DNA of 64,000 nucleotides from Elusimicrobiota bacterium (GTDB taxonomy: Bacteria; Elusimicrobiota; Elusimicrobia; F11), in contig JBJXGI010000053.1 of NCBI GenBank assembly GCA_046153645.1, forward strand, positions 27,022 to 91,021, given 5' to 3'. Positions 9,696-19,126 of this stretch are shown here, one piece after another (the stretch's first letter is position 1; each line of letters opens with the position of its first letter). Position numbers and translations under genes: made by a program. The notes under the pieces were generated by a model that saw nothing but the letters and a program-made list of their open reading frames with translations, made no database searches and had not been told where the DNA came from.

Positions 9696-11071
9696 TTTTT
9701 CTCCACACGTTTAAGATAGGCCATAATACCAGCCCGAATTCCATTCGCCAACTGATTTCGATAACGAGAAGATCTCAATTTAAGCTCAGAAAGAGGGTGC
9801 GATAAATATTCTAACTCAATCAGGACGCTTGGCATTTGCGCCCCTCTTAACACAAAAAAATCAGCCTCTTTCACGTCTGCCATTTCAACTTTAGACACAT
9901 TCTTAATATTTCTAACGATAATTGACGCTATTTCAGATGATTCGTTTAAAAAGTTATTTATTGCCATGGAAGAAAGTAACCAATCCAGTTTATTTGACCC
10001 CTTTGCTTGCCCATGTGTTTCTAAATCAACAACAGAATTCTCTAAACGAGCCACAGATTGAGCGGCTTTGTCTGTTGCGTCTGTGGATAAAAAATAAACT
10101 TCAAAACCAGAATTCTTAGGTGACAAAGAAGAATTACAATGAATAGAAATAAACAAGTCCGCATGCGCTTGATTTGCTGCCCGGGTTCGTTCCCCTAACG
10201 GGATAAACTTGTCATTTCTTCGAGTCATCATCACCTTGATGCCATCTTCTTTTTTAAATAGTTTTTCCAATAGTTTCGCCATTTCCAGATTAATATCTTT
10301 TTCTAATGTTCCTCTCGTACCGATGGCGCCAGAGTCTAACCCTCCATGTCCGGCATCAATGACAATAATCCGTTCTCGTTTCGAAGGCTGATTGCGAATT
10401 CGCTCTTGAGCTGACTTTAATGGAACAACCTTGCGCGGCATTTCTTCTTTGGGTTTAGTTTTTACATTTTCTATGGGGGGCACAGGTTTTGGTGTTATAA
10501 CCGGAGGCATAACAGGAGAAGTTGGAATTTTATTAATAACCTTCACTTCTTTTTTAACGACCCCTTCTTTTTTTACATACTCATTTTTCTTGTTCACAGG
10601 AGGCACTTCGCGCTTCATAACAGGAATGGGTTTTGTTTCGACATTCTTCGTGGGAACAATTCTATAGGGGACGTCGATCACGAGAACCCTTCGACCATTT
10701 TCATAAAACACATCGGTTGAGAGGGCACGTTCCCCAGTATAAATATCCATATCAATGGAATGTTTTTTTTGACGGATACGAATTTCTTTAATGACTCGGT
10801 CTCCCTCTAAGATTTGAGATCCATTCGAGGTGGTATTTAAAAAACGCAACCACACACGTTTATCACTTTTCTCTAAAAGGGCATGGTCTAAATTATCAAT
10901 CAAAGGAACTCTGATTTGGTAACGATCGGGCAATTTTTCAACTTTGGGTGTTTTCAAGAAAAATGGGGATAAAGGAAAACGAGTGGCAGGCAATTCAGAA
11001 AAAGCCAGTTGAGAGTGAGTAAACATCAACGCAACAATCAAAAACAGACGGGTCAAAAAACGCGAATTCAT
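9692..11071 (-). CDS. N-acetylmuramoyl-L-alanine amidase (Amidase_3)
   Basis: IDAGHGG.D.GA, LEKD, SIHCN, PSVLIE. Start moved to ATG 11071 (MNSRF..., signal peptide) to avoid overlapping the HNH gene. Confidence 0.88.
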   Translation of the reverse strand: MNSRFLTRLFLIVALMFTHSQLAFSELPATRFPLSPFFLKTPKVEKLPDRYQIRVPLIDNLDHALLEKSDKRVWLRFLNTTSNGSQILEGDRVIKEIRIRQKKHSIDMDIYTGERALSTDVFYENGRRVLVIDVPYRIVPTKNVETKPIPVMKREVPPVNKKNEYVKKEGVVKKEVKVINKIPTSPVMPPVITPKPVPPIENVKTKPKEEMPRKVVPLKSAQERIRNQPSKRERIIVIDAGHGGLDSGAIGTRGTLEKDINLEMAKLLEKLFKKEDGIKVMMTRRNDKFIPLGERTRAANQAHADLFISIHCNSSLSPKNSGFEVYFLSTDATDKAAQSVARLENSVVDLETHGQAKGSNKLDWLLSSMAINNFLNESSEIASIIVRNIKNVSKVEMADVKEADFFVLRGAQMPSVLIELEYLSHPLSELKLRSSRYRNQLANGIRAGIMAYLKRVEKK

Positions 11072-11087
11072 GAATGCAGTTTTAATC

Positions 11088-11687
11088 TTACTGATGCTCG
11101 AGTTCAGTATTCCAGTAAACATTATCAATAAATCTTTGCCATGAAGCCTTTACTTTGAGACCGGGTCTAAAACATAAAGCGGCAGCGCCAGTCCATTCTG
11201 GCTTGGTTGCCTGAACCAGTAATTTCATTCCGGCTTCATCTGGCAAACGACTTCCTTTCTTTAAATTACAAGGAATACACGTGGTGACAACATTTGACCA
11301 ATCTGTTTTCCCTCCACGAGAACGAGGAATAACGTGTTCCAAGTTTAAATCAATGGTTGTAAATTTATGGCCACAATAGGCGCACTTATAATTGTAATGC
11401 TCATAAATATTTCGCCTTGTGAATTTCACTTCAGATTTAGGTAACCCATCAAAATGGCGAAGAGTGACAACATCAGGAATGGCAATTTTAAATGAAGGGG
11501 TTTGGATAAATCCGGTTTTATCATCTGCCATTAAAGAGGAAATTTCACGCCAGTCTTCGAAGGTATAAGTTCGATATTCCTCATCAACAACTCGCGCATG
11601 ATCTAAATAAATTAGACTTAACGCGCGACGCCAAGAAATGATTTGAACCGCGAAAAAGCTGCGGTTAAGAACCAACACATCACTCAT
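11088..11687 (-). CDS. HNH endonuclease
   Basis: VLVLN, TRRNI, CAYCG, EHVIPRSRGG, WSNVVTTCIPCN. Confidence 0.9.
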   Translation of the reverse strand: MSDVLVLNRSFFAVQIISWRRALSLIYLDHARVVDEEYRTYTFEDWREISSLMADDKTGFIQTPSFKIAIPDVVTLRHFDGLPKSEVKFTRRNIYEHYNYKCAYCGHKFTTIDLNLEHVIPRSRGGKTDWSNVVTTCIPCNLKKGSRLPDEAGMKLLVQATKPEWTGAAALCFRPGLKVKASWQRFIDNVYWNTELEHQ

Positions 11688-11711
11688 AATATCCCTTACA
11701 AGGGAACGGGG

Positions 11712-11951
11712 TCAGCTCTCGAGGGTGTCTCTTGTTACTGGCTCAACCTTTAACCCTTGGTCTTTTAACCATTGAATGGCTTGAGAAAGTACTTTTTCTT
11801 CTCCCTCAAGTTCCAAAACGATTTCACCGATTTTTTCTGTAATTCGCGCGCGTCTTAAATTAAAAACCACGTCGTATTTTTCAGTCATTTTATGAATGAC
11901 CGGTTCTTTAATCAGATTTTGCGGAAATGTGAGTTGAAGTGCTTGTTTCAT
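11712..11951 (-). CDS. Stand-alone NIL domain protein
   Basis: LTFP..LIKEPVI, FNL..A.I...GEIVLELEG; matches the MetN C-terminal NIL domain pattern. Confidence 0.8.
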   Translation of the reverse strand: MKQALQLTFPQNLIKEPVIHKMTEKYDVVFNLRRARITEKIGEIVLELEGEEKVLSQAIQWLKDQGLKVEPVTRDTLES

Positions 11952-11994
11952 AGATCAAGTATGCTTCTAAAACGAGCTGGTTTCAATGCGAGAA

Positions 11995-12273
11995 TTAACA
12001 ACCGCCGGCAATCGCGGGGATAATGGAAACTTCAGCCCCTTCTTCAACCTTCGTATTGGGTCCATCTTTGAATCGAATATCTTCGCCATTAACAAAAATA
12101 TTCACAAACCGACGAATTTGACCTGACTCATCACAAATTCTTTCTTTGAGCCCCGGATAACTCTTTTCGAGACCGGCCAATAATTCTTGGACTGTTTTGC
12201 CTTGAATTTCAACAACGGCTTGGTCCTGGGTTAATTTTCTTAAAGGGGCTGGAATTCGTACTTTAGCGGGCAT
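11995..12273 (-). CDS. MoaD/ThiS/CysO ubiquitin-like sulfur carrier protein
   Basis: VRIP.PLR, FVNIFVNGEDIRF, C-terminal IIPAIAGG plus one extra Cys. Confidence 0.9.
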   Translation of the reverse strand: MPAKVRIPAPLRKLTQDQAVVEIQGKTVQELLAGLEKSYPGLKERICDESGQIRRFVNIFVNGEDIRFKDGPNTKVEEGAEVSIIPAIAGGC

Positions 12274-12293
12274 GGGATTCTCCTTGTTTCAAA

Positions 12294-13556
12294 TTAAACA
12301 GCGGCAACTGGCGAAACTTTATCTTGCAGCCGATGATACAGTTCTTTAAAGTTTTCTAATCTTGCTGGAATGATATGAGGCTGACTTACTTTTCCCTGAA
12401 TGGCATCAAGTGTTTTTAAACCATTACCGGTCACATAAACCACAGTCACATCATCAGATTTGATGCTACCAGTTTGAACCAAGTGTTTCAAGGAAGCAAC
12501 GGTGACTCCCCCTGCGGTTTCCGTGAAAATTCCCTGCGTACTGGCTAAGAGTTTAATACCTTCAACAATTTCATCGTCAGTAACACTGACTCCTTGCCCA
12601 CCAGTCTTCATAACCAACTTAGCTGCATAAGGACCATCAGCGGGATTACCAATGGCTAAGGATTTGGCAATGGTATTGGGGCGAACAGGTTTTATTAAGT
12701 CAGTTCGATCTTGAATGGCCGTTGAAATAGGACCACAACCAGACGCCTGTGAACAATGCAATTTCGTTTCATGATGAGGAATTAACTCTAAATCTTGAAA
12801 TTCCTGTAACCCTTTATAAATTTTCGTTAAAAGAGAACCTGAAGCGGCGGGAACAACGACATGATCCGGGGCTTTCCACCCTAATTGTTCAGCAACTTCA
12901 AAACCCAATGTTTTCGATCCTTCTGCGTAATAGGGCCGAATATTAACGTTAACAAAGGCCCACTTGAAGGCATCAGCCACTTCCGAACAAAGACGGTTTA
13001 CCTCGTCATAAGTGCCATCAATTCCAATAATAATAGGATCATAAACTCCCGCACCCAATACTTTGCCTTCTTCCAAATTAGCAGGAATAAAAACAAATCT
13101 TTTTAGATTGGCAACAGCCCCATAAGCAGAAACAGCACCAGCCAAATTACCAGTTGAAGCACAGGCGACTGTTGAAAAACCCAATTCCCGGGCGCGAGTG
13201 AGCGCCACACTAACCACTCGATCTTTAAATGAAAAAGTGGGGTTTACGGAGTCGTTTTTAATGTAGAGGTTTTTGAGCCCTAAAAGAGCACCAAGATTTT
13301 TGGCATGGAGAAGAGGGGTATAACCTTCTTGCAAAGTAATAACATCTCTTGTCTCAACAGGAAGAAGATCCCAATATCGCCACAAGGAACGCGGCCCTGC
13401 TTCAATTGATTTTCGTGATACATTTTTTTTAATCAGGTCGTAATTATAATCGACCTCTAAAGGACCAAAACATAACTCACAAACATGAATTGCTTTAGCG
13501 GGATATAATTCACCGCACTCTTTGCATTTAAGACCTTTAATTTTGGAATCTGCCAT
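12294..13556 (-). CDS. thrC: Threonine synthase-like PLP enzyme (possibly O-phosphohomoserine sulfhydrylase)
   Basis: N-terminal CxxC..CxxC, EGYTPL, NPTFSFKDR (PLP Lys), ASTGN, EGSKT, TGNGLK. Confidence 0.8.
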   Translation of the reverse strand: MADSKIKGLKCKECGELYPAKAIHVCELCFGPLEVDYNYDLIKKNVSRKSIEAGPRSLWRYWDLLPVETRDVITLQEGYTPLLHAKNLGALLGLKNLYIKNDSVNPTFSFKDRVVSVALTRARELGFSTVACASTGNLAGAVSAYGAVANLKRFVFIPANLEEGKVLGAGVYDPIIIGIDGTYDEVNRLCSEVADAFKWAFVNVNIRPYYAEGSKTLGFEVAEQLGWKAPDHVVVPAASGSLLTKIYKGLQEFQDLELIPHHETKLHCSQASGCGPISTAIQDRTDLIKPVRPNTIAKSLAIGNPADGPYAAKLVMKTGGQGVSVTDDEIVEGIKLLASTQGIFTETAGGVTVASLKHLVQTGSIKSDDVTVVYVTGNGLKTLDAIQGKVSQPHIIPARLENFKELYHRLQDKVSPVAAV

Positions 13557-13573
13557 AAATCATTCTTCCTGAA

Positions 13574-13608
13574 ATAAAAAACCCTAGAGGACATTTCACC
13601 CTAGGGTT
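13574..13608 (-). terminator. Intrinsic terminator of the riboswitch expression platform
   Basis: Minus strand AACCCTAGGGTGAAATGTCCTCTAGGGTTTTTTATT: hairpin plus U tract just upstream of the thrC start. Confidence 0.75.
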
Positions 13609-13617
13609 CAATAAATC

Positions 13618-13726
13618 CTCTTATCGGTCCCGAAAATTCGGGTACAGGCTTTGGCACGCATTTGAGTTTTTCAAACCGTTGCCGTGGTTTCATCGGGCCA
13701 TGCCCCTCCGCCACTCTTGATAAGGG
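13618..13726 (-). ncRNA. SAM-I (S-box) riboswitch
   Basis: Minus strand CTTATCAAGAGTGGCGGAGGG..TGGCCCGATGAAACC.CGGCAAC...GTGCCAA..CC...GATAAG matches the S-box consensus, including the P1 CTTATC/GATAAG pairing. Confidence 0.9.
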
Positions 13727-13778
13727 TGCTACTAAAAGACACCAAATCTTACTAAATTTTCCTAAAAAAATTCAGCGA

Positions 13779-15635
13779 TTATTCAACTGTAACACTCTTG
13801 GCCAAATTACGAGGCTGGTCAACGTCACATCCCAAATAACCAGCAATATAATAGGCAAGAATTTGAAGAGGAACCACATTGACCAAGGGGCTTAAATCCT
13901 CCGGCACATCAGGAACGTAAATAACATCTGACGCTTTACTATCAATTAACTTATCTCCCTTGGTAACAATAGAAATGACTTCTGCTCCACGACTTTTGGC
14001 CTCTTCAATATTGGAAACCATTTTGTCATAAACACTAGATTTAGTGGCAATGGCAACCACCGGAAGATTTTCGTCAATCAAAGCAATGGGGCCATGTTTC
14101 ATTTCACCCGCAGGATATCCTTCCGCATGAATATAAGAAATCTCTTTTAGTTTAAGCGCCCCTTCAAGAGCAATCGGATAGTTCAAATGGCGGCCTAAAT
14201 ACAAAAAATCTTTTCGTCTAAAATATTTTTTGGCGATTTTCGCAACGGCTTCTTCACATTCCAAGGTCTCTGTAATCCACTGCGACAAGTGAGTGAGATT
14301 TTTTTCTTTTTCTTTGATCTCACTGGCAGGCATCACTTTTTTAAGATTCGCAAAATAAAGTGCCAACAAATGAAGAGCAACCAATTGCCCCATAAACGCT
14401 TTTGTTGAAGCCACACCAATCTCAGGGCCACAATGTGTCAAAAGAAAACCATGCGCGTCACGGGTTATTGTTGACCCAACTACATTAGCAATCCCGACAA
14501 CATGGGCTCCTTTCTTTTTAGCCAAGCGAACGGCGGCCAAAGTATCGGCTGTTTCACCAGACTGAGAAATAGCCACCACGAGCGTATTCGGTTCAATAAC
14601 AGGATCTCGGTACCTAAACTCAGAAGCAATTTCAACCTGACAAGGCACGCCGGAATATTTTTCGATTAAATAAGAACCAATGAGTGCCGAGTGCCATGAG
14701 GTACCACAAGCCACAAATCGAACTCGGCTAATCTTATTGGCTGCCTCATCCGTTAAGCCAAGTTCCGTCAAATTGATTTTCCCGGTTTGAAGGTCCATGT
14801 GTCCCATCAAAGTATTTTCAACAATGCGGGGTTGCTCATGGATTTCTTTCATCATGAAATGTTTATAACCGGCTTTTTCAGCTTGCACCGGGTCCCAAGC
14901 AATTTTAACCGCAGACCGTTGGATGGGCTTTCCAGAGGAGTCAAAATATAAAATTCCCTCTTTCGCCATCACAACAACGTCACCATCTTCAAGAAAAATG
15001 ACATCGCGGGTGTAAGATAAAATTGCAGGAACATCGGAGGCTAAAAAGTTTTCGCCATTTCCCAAACCAATAATAAGAGGGCAATCTCTTCTGGCGCCAA
15101 TAATAACATCCGGGAGGTCAGAACAAACAATACCGAGGGCAAAGGTCCCTTTAATTTCTTTTAAAGAAGTCAAAACAACACTCAAAAAATCTTCTTTACT
15201 TATTTTTCCACCTTTATGTTTGGAGAGATGAAACCCAATGAGCTGCGCCACCGCTTCTGTATCTGTTTGAGATTTAAAAACGATTCCTTCTTTAGATAAT
15301 TTCTCTTTGAGCTGAAGATAATTTTCAATGATCCCGTTATGAACAACAATAACTCTCTCCGATTGATCAGCATGAGGATGAGCATTCACTTCAGTGGGGG
15401 CTCCATGAGTGGCCCAACGAGTGTGTCCAATTCCCAAATGGCCACTTAATGGTTGTTTTTGAAGCAAGGCATCTAACTCAGATAATTTTCCTACAGAACG
15501 CCGTCTTTCAAAAGCGCCATTTGAAAAAACAGCGATTCCAGCAGAATCATAACCTCTGTACTCAAGCTTTCTCAAACCCTCTAATAAAACAGGCGTAGCC
15601 TCTGATTTACCAACATAACCTAAAATTCCACACAT
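13779..15635 (-). CDS. glmS: Glutamine--fructose-6-phosphate aminotransferase
   Basis: MCGI start, HTRWATHG, SQSGET, C-terminal PRNLAKSVTVE. Confidence 0.98.
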   Translation of the reverse strand: MCGILGYVGKSEATPVLLEGLRKLEYRGYDSAGIAVFSNGAFERRRSVGKLSELDALLQKQPLSGHLGIGHTRWATHGAPTEVNAHPHADQSERVIVVHNGIIENYLQLKEKLSKEGIVFKSQTDTEAVAQLIGFHLSKHKGGKISKEDFLSVVLTSLKEIKGTFALGIVCSDLPDVIIGARRDCPLIIGLGNGENFLASDVPAILSYTRDVIFLEDGDVVVMAKEGILYFDSSGKPIQRSAVKIAWDPVQAEKAGYKHFMMKEIHEQPRIVENTLMGHMDLQTGKINLTELGLTDEAANKISRVRFVACGTSWHSALIGSYLIEKYSGVPCQVEIASEFRYRDPVIEPNTLVVAISQSGETADTLAAVRLAKKKGAHVVGIANVVGSTITRDAHGFLLTHCGPEIGVASTKAFMGQLVALHLLALYFANLKKVMPASEIKEKEKNLTHLSQWITETLECEEAVAKIAKKYFRRKDFLYLGRHLNYPIALEGALKLKEISYIHAEGYPAGEMKHGPIALIDENLPVVAIATKSSVYDKMVSNIEEAKSRGAEVISIVTKGDKLIDSKASDVIYVPDVPEDLSPLVNVVPLQILAYYIAGYLGCDVDQPRNLAKSVTVE

Positions 15636-15636
15636 A

Positions 15637-16356
15637 TTATTTCATCCTCTTTTTCATTTCAAAAACCGCTTGTTGCATTCCAACCACAACAGATCTAGCT
15701 ACAATTGAAAAACCAATATTTAACTCATTAAACGAAAAACTTTTTACCAAAGCAGAAACATTATCGTAGTTAATCCCATGACCCGCATTCACCAAAAGCC
15801 CCAGGCGCTGAGCTAAAAAACCAGTTGTTCTAATACGCGCTAATTCAAAAGCGATATTTTTCTGAGATCCTTTTTCAAAAACAGCCGCGTATTTTCCCGT
15901 ATGTATTTCAATGGCATCAGCCATAAGAACTGAAGCCAACTGAATAGATTCTATCTCGGGCTCAACAAACAAAGAAACTTTAATTTTTTTCTGCTGCAAC
16001 TTTCGGATAACCAAATTCAATCGAGCCTGATATTTGGAAAGGTTTAACCCCCCTTCTGTTGTTAATTCTTCTCTATGCTCGGGGACTAAACAAACCCAAT
16101 CAGGACGCACTTTGAGTGCAAAATCTACAATTGCGGGCGCCAATGACATTTCCAAATTAAACGGGACCTTCAAATGTTTTGAAAAAAAGATGACATCACA
16201 ATCTTGAATATGACGGCGATCTTCCCTTAAGTGCGCGGTTATGCCCGTCGCCCCGCCCTTCACTGCTTCTTTTGCTAAAAAAACGGGATCCGGAAATGAT
16301 TCGTGACGTGCCTGGCGAAGGGTCGCAATATGGTCAATATTCACACCTAACTTCAT
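15637..16356 (-). CDS. pdxJ: Pyridoxine 5'-phosphate synthase
   Basis: LGVNIDHIATLRQAR, HLREDRRHI, TTEGGL, NAGHG. Confidence 0.96.
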   Translation of the reverse strand: MKLGVNIDHIATLRQARHESFPDPVFLAKEAVKGGATGITAHLREDRRHIQDCDVIFFSKHLKVPFNLEMSLAPAIVDFALKVRPDWVCLVPEHREELTTEGGLNLSKYQARLNLVIRKLQQKKIKVSLFVEPEIESIQLASVLMADAIEIHTGKYAAVFEKGSQKNIAFELARIRTTGFLAQRLGLLVNAGHGINYDNVSALVKSFSFNELNIGFSIVARSVVVGMQQAVFEMKKRMK

Positions 16357-17726
16357 GCGTAAACTTTCATAGCCTCTTCAATTTTTTCCGTTATTTCAGA
16401 ACCGTAACGATGCAATTGCATCTTATCAGGCCCCTCAATCATGATTCTCAGTAAGGGCTCCGTTCCTGAATAACGCACAAGAACTCTTCCCTGAGAACCC
16501 AGTTCACTCTCAATTTTTTTAATACATGAATGCGCCGCGGGTAGTTCATTAAGAGGAACACGTTTTTTAACCTTTAAATTCATTAACACTTGGGGATATT
16601 TCTTAATAAGTTCAGAAACATGAGAAAAAGGAAGTTTTGTTTTCTTGAAATATTTTAGTACTTGAAGGGCTGTCAAAAGCCCATCTCCCGTGGGAAGGTA
16701 CTGCCCCATAATAATGTGGCCCGATTGTTCTCCCCCTAATATCGCTCCGGATTTTTGCATGGCCATAGAAACAAATCGATCACCGACAGAAACTTCTTCG
16801 CAAGAAATTTTTTGAGCGGCCAATGCCTTTTTAAGGCCTAAATTAGCCATCACTGTAATTACAACTTTATTCTTAACAAGAGCTTTTGATTCCTTCAAAT
16901 GCCCAGCGAGAAAAGCAATAATATGATCGCCATCCAACGAATGCCCTTTTTCATCAACGAAAATAACTCGATCGGCATCTCCATCAAATGCAATTCCTAA
17001 GTGACAATGTTCTTTACGAACCAATATTTCTAAATCAGAGGTATGCTGAGAACCGCATCCAACATTAATATTTCTTCCATTGGGCCTAGCATGAATGACA
17101 TGCAAATCTGCTCCTAAACGTCCCAAGATACGCGGGGCTAACAAAAAACTAGCTCCATTCGAACAATCCAAAGCAATTTTCAAACCATTCAATTTGATTC
17201 CTTCTAAGGTATCAATAAGAAAGGATTCATACACTTCTCTTAATTGTTCCACTTTTATCAACTTATCTTTCGAACTTTTAAGTGGAGGAGTCGGTTTTTT
17301 ATGCCATTGAAAAAGAAGAGATTCAACCGTTTCTTCCCAAACATCAGGCCACTTTCGAGCTGACGCATTAAAAAATTTGATTCCATTAAATTCAGGCGGG
17401 TTATGGGAAGCAGAAATCACAATACCAGAATGGAATTTCTGAGAGCGAACCAAGTGCGCAGCTCCAGGGGTACTTATTACACCAACAGAAAAAACATCAA
17501 TTCCTTTTTGCTGTAACCCTTTTGCGATCATTTTTTCAATCCACTGACCTGACAAACGAGTATCCCGTGCAATAAGAATCTTAGGCCGACCTTTCTTGAC
17601 ATGGTCCCTTAACACTTCTCCTGCAGCAAGACCAATATAATAAACGTCTTTTTTACTTAATGGCGATTTACCCGCAATTCCGCGAATACCATCAGTTCCA
17701 AATAATTTTGGGGCTTTATTAGACAA
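16353..17726 (-). CDS. glmM: Phosphoglucosamine mutase
   Basis: FGTDGIRG, ISASHNP, DGDADR, GGEQSGH, RYSGTEP. Start placed at in-frame TTG 17726 (AAAGGA upstream) rather than 17870. Confidence 0.93.
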   Translation of the reverse strand: MSNKAPKLFGTDGIRGIAGKSPLSKKDVYYIGLAAGEVLRDHVKKGRPKILIARDTRLSGQWIEKMIAKGLQQKGIDVFSVGVISTPGAAHLVRSQKFHSGIVISASHNPPEFNGIKFFNASARKWPDVWEETVESLLFQWHKKPTPPLKSSKDKLIKVEQLREVYESFLIDTLEGIKLNGLKIALDCSNGASFLLAPRILGRLGADLHVIHARPNGRNINVGCGSQHTSDLEILVRKEHCHLGIAFDGDADRVIFVDEKGHSLDGDHIIAFLAGHLKESKALVKNKVVITVMANLGLKKALAAQKISCEEVSVGDRFVSMAMQKSGAILGGEQSGHIIMGQYLPTGDGLLTALQVLKYFKKTKLPFSHVSELIKKYPQVLMNLKVKKRVPLNELPAAHSCIKKIESELGSQGRVLVRYSGTEPLLRIMIEGPDKMQLHRYGSEITEKIEEAMKVYA

Positions 17727-17848
17727 GAGAATGAAATTCCTTTTGATTGAGTTAACATCAGATATGCATCGATAAGGGATTATACCAGAAAAACCAAATT
17801 CCTCCGAGGAGAATTGATAAAAAGAGTCTTTAAACACCAGGGCAGACG

Positions 17849-19069
17849 TTAAGGCAAATGAGCCAGCCATCGATCAGCGGAAACAACCCATTGAATGAAG
17901 CCATCTGTCTTAATTTTTTTGCAAACACCCTGTTTATGAAGAAGTTGAATTGATACTGAAACCCCAAGTTTTTTTTGAAAATAAGAAAGCGATGGGGAGA
18001 CGTCTTCTTCTGACGTTTTACATTCAATCAAACAAAGTATTTTTTTATCTTTAACCAAACAAAAGTCCACCTCGCGCTTCTCTTTGTCTCGGAGGTAGTG
18101 GAGGGAAATTTTTCCTTCTCCCATTGCTTCCCATGTTTTGACTGCTTTAAGGAGATGAAGAGCCACGACATTTTCAAAGCGATAGCCCGTCTCAGGAATT
18201 TCCACCCAATCGTAAAGATAGACTTTCGTTTCTTTTCTGAGTGAACGTGCCAACGTCCCTGTGTATGGAGTGACGCGGAAAAGGTAAAAGAAACGATCGA
18301 GAAGAAGTAGCCAATCACGAACCGTTTCAAATGCAACACCAATGTCTTCTTTTAAAGCGTTAATAGAAAGAGGGCTTCCAACACGCTCTGGAACAAGATG
18401 CGAGAGCATTTCGAGGAGCGAAAGGTCTTTGATGTGAACCATACTTCGGATGTCCTCTCTCAAAAGAAGACTCTTTCTCTCTTGAAACCATCGATTGTAA
18501 AAACTTGTTGTCCCACGCAAAAACGGCTCAGGGAAACCACTGTACTGAAAAAGATCATCATATTTTGATCGAACAGACCCCGTTGACTCCGGAACGTCTA
18601 CCAGCATCTCTTTGAACTCCTTGAGAGTGGTCCGTTTTTCATGTAGCTCTCCTAAACTCAAAGGGAAAAGTGGGATACTGAAATAACGCCCCAACAGACT
18701 GTCTCCGCCTTTTTTAAAAAGTTCAAGGCGACCGCTTCCTGTTACCAAAAAGCGAAACTCAGTCTTAAAATCATCATATGCCCCTTTCAAATAATTTTTC
18801 CATCGACTGTATTTGTGGATTTCATCAAACACAACCAAAAACGGTCTTTTGGGATCCCGGTTCTCTTTTTGAAAAAAATAAGGATCTTTGAGCAGCTTCT
18901 TTTGATTGATCACATTATCCCAGTTAAAGTAGATACCTTGACCGAAATGGTTTCGATAATCTTGAGCCAGTGTCGTCTTCCCCACCTGACGTGGCCCGCT
19001 TAGGAATGCCATCTTATTGAAAGCTTCAACTGTCTCTTTTAAAAGAGGGAGAGTGGTTCGTTTAATCAT
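17849..19069 (-). CDS. AAA_14 ATPase with DUF4143 and C-terminal PD-(D/E)XK-like motif
   Basis: GPRQVGKTTL, FDEIHK, VTGS, GFPEP, FEN, REVDF..IECK. Second Met (19069) preferred because it fits a leaderless promoter. Confidence 0.9.
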   Translation of the reverse strand: MIKRTTLPLLKETVEAFNKMAFLSGPRQVGKTTLAQDYRNHFGQGIYFNWDNVINQKKLLKDPYFFQKENRDPKRPFLVVFDEIHKYSRWKNYLKGAYDDFKTEFRFLVTGSGRLELFKKGGDSLLGRYFSIPLFPLSLGELHEKRTTLKEFKEMLVDVPESTGSVRSKYDDLFQYSGFPEPFLRGTTSFYNRWFQERKSLLLREDIRSMVHIKDLSLLEMLSHLVPERVGSPLSINALKEDIGVAFETVRDWLLLLDRFFYLFRVTPYTGTLARSLRKETKVYLYDWVEIPETGYRFENVVALHLLKAVKTWEAMGEGKISLHYLRDKEKREVDFCLVKDKKILCLIECKTSEEDVSPSLSYFQKKLGVSVSIQLLHKQGVCKKIKTDGFIQWVVSADRWLAHLP

Positions 19070-19075
19070 GAGCAT

Positions 19076-19125
19076 ATTTTAGACCTAAGTCTAATAAAGT
19101 CAAGACTTTTTTAGACTTGAGTCGA
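19076..19125 (-). promoter_or_regulatory. Sigma70-like leaderless promoter with overlapping imperfect inverted repeat
   Basis: TTGACT (19103-19098)-16 bp-TAAAAT (19081-19076), ATG 6 nt further; arms TAGACCTAAGTCTAA / TTAGACTTGAGTCGA straddle the -35. Confidence 0.6.
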
Positions 19126-19126
19126 A

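Noticed and set aside
11088..11687. HNH as a homing endonuclease or mobile element
   Set aside because: Common stand-alone chromosomal HNH type; no intron, intein or flanking repeats seen.
17727..17870. N-terminal extension of GlmM given in the ORF track
   Set aside because: Overlaps the upstream ATPase and has no GlmM similarity; TTG at 17726 fits better.
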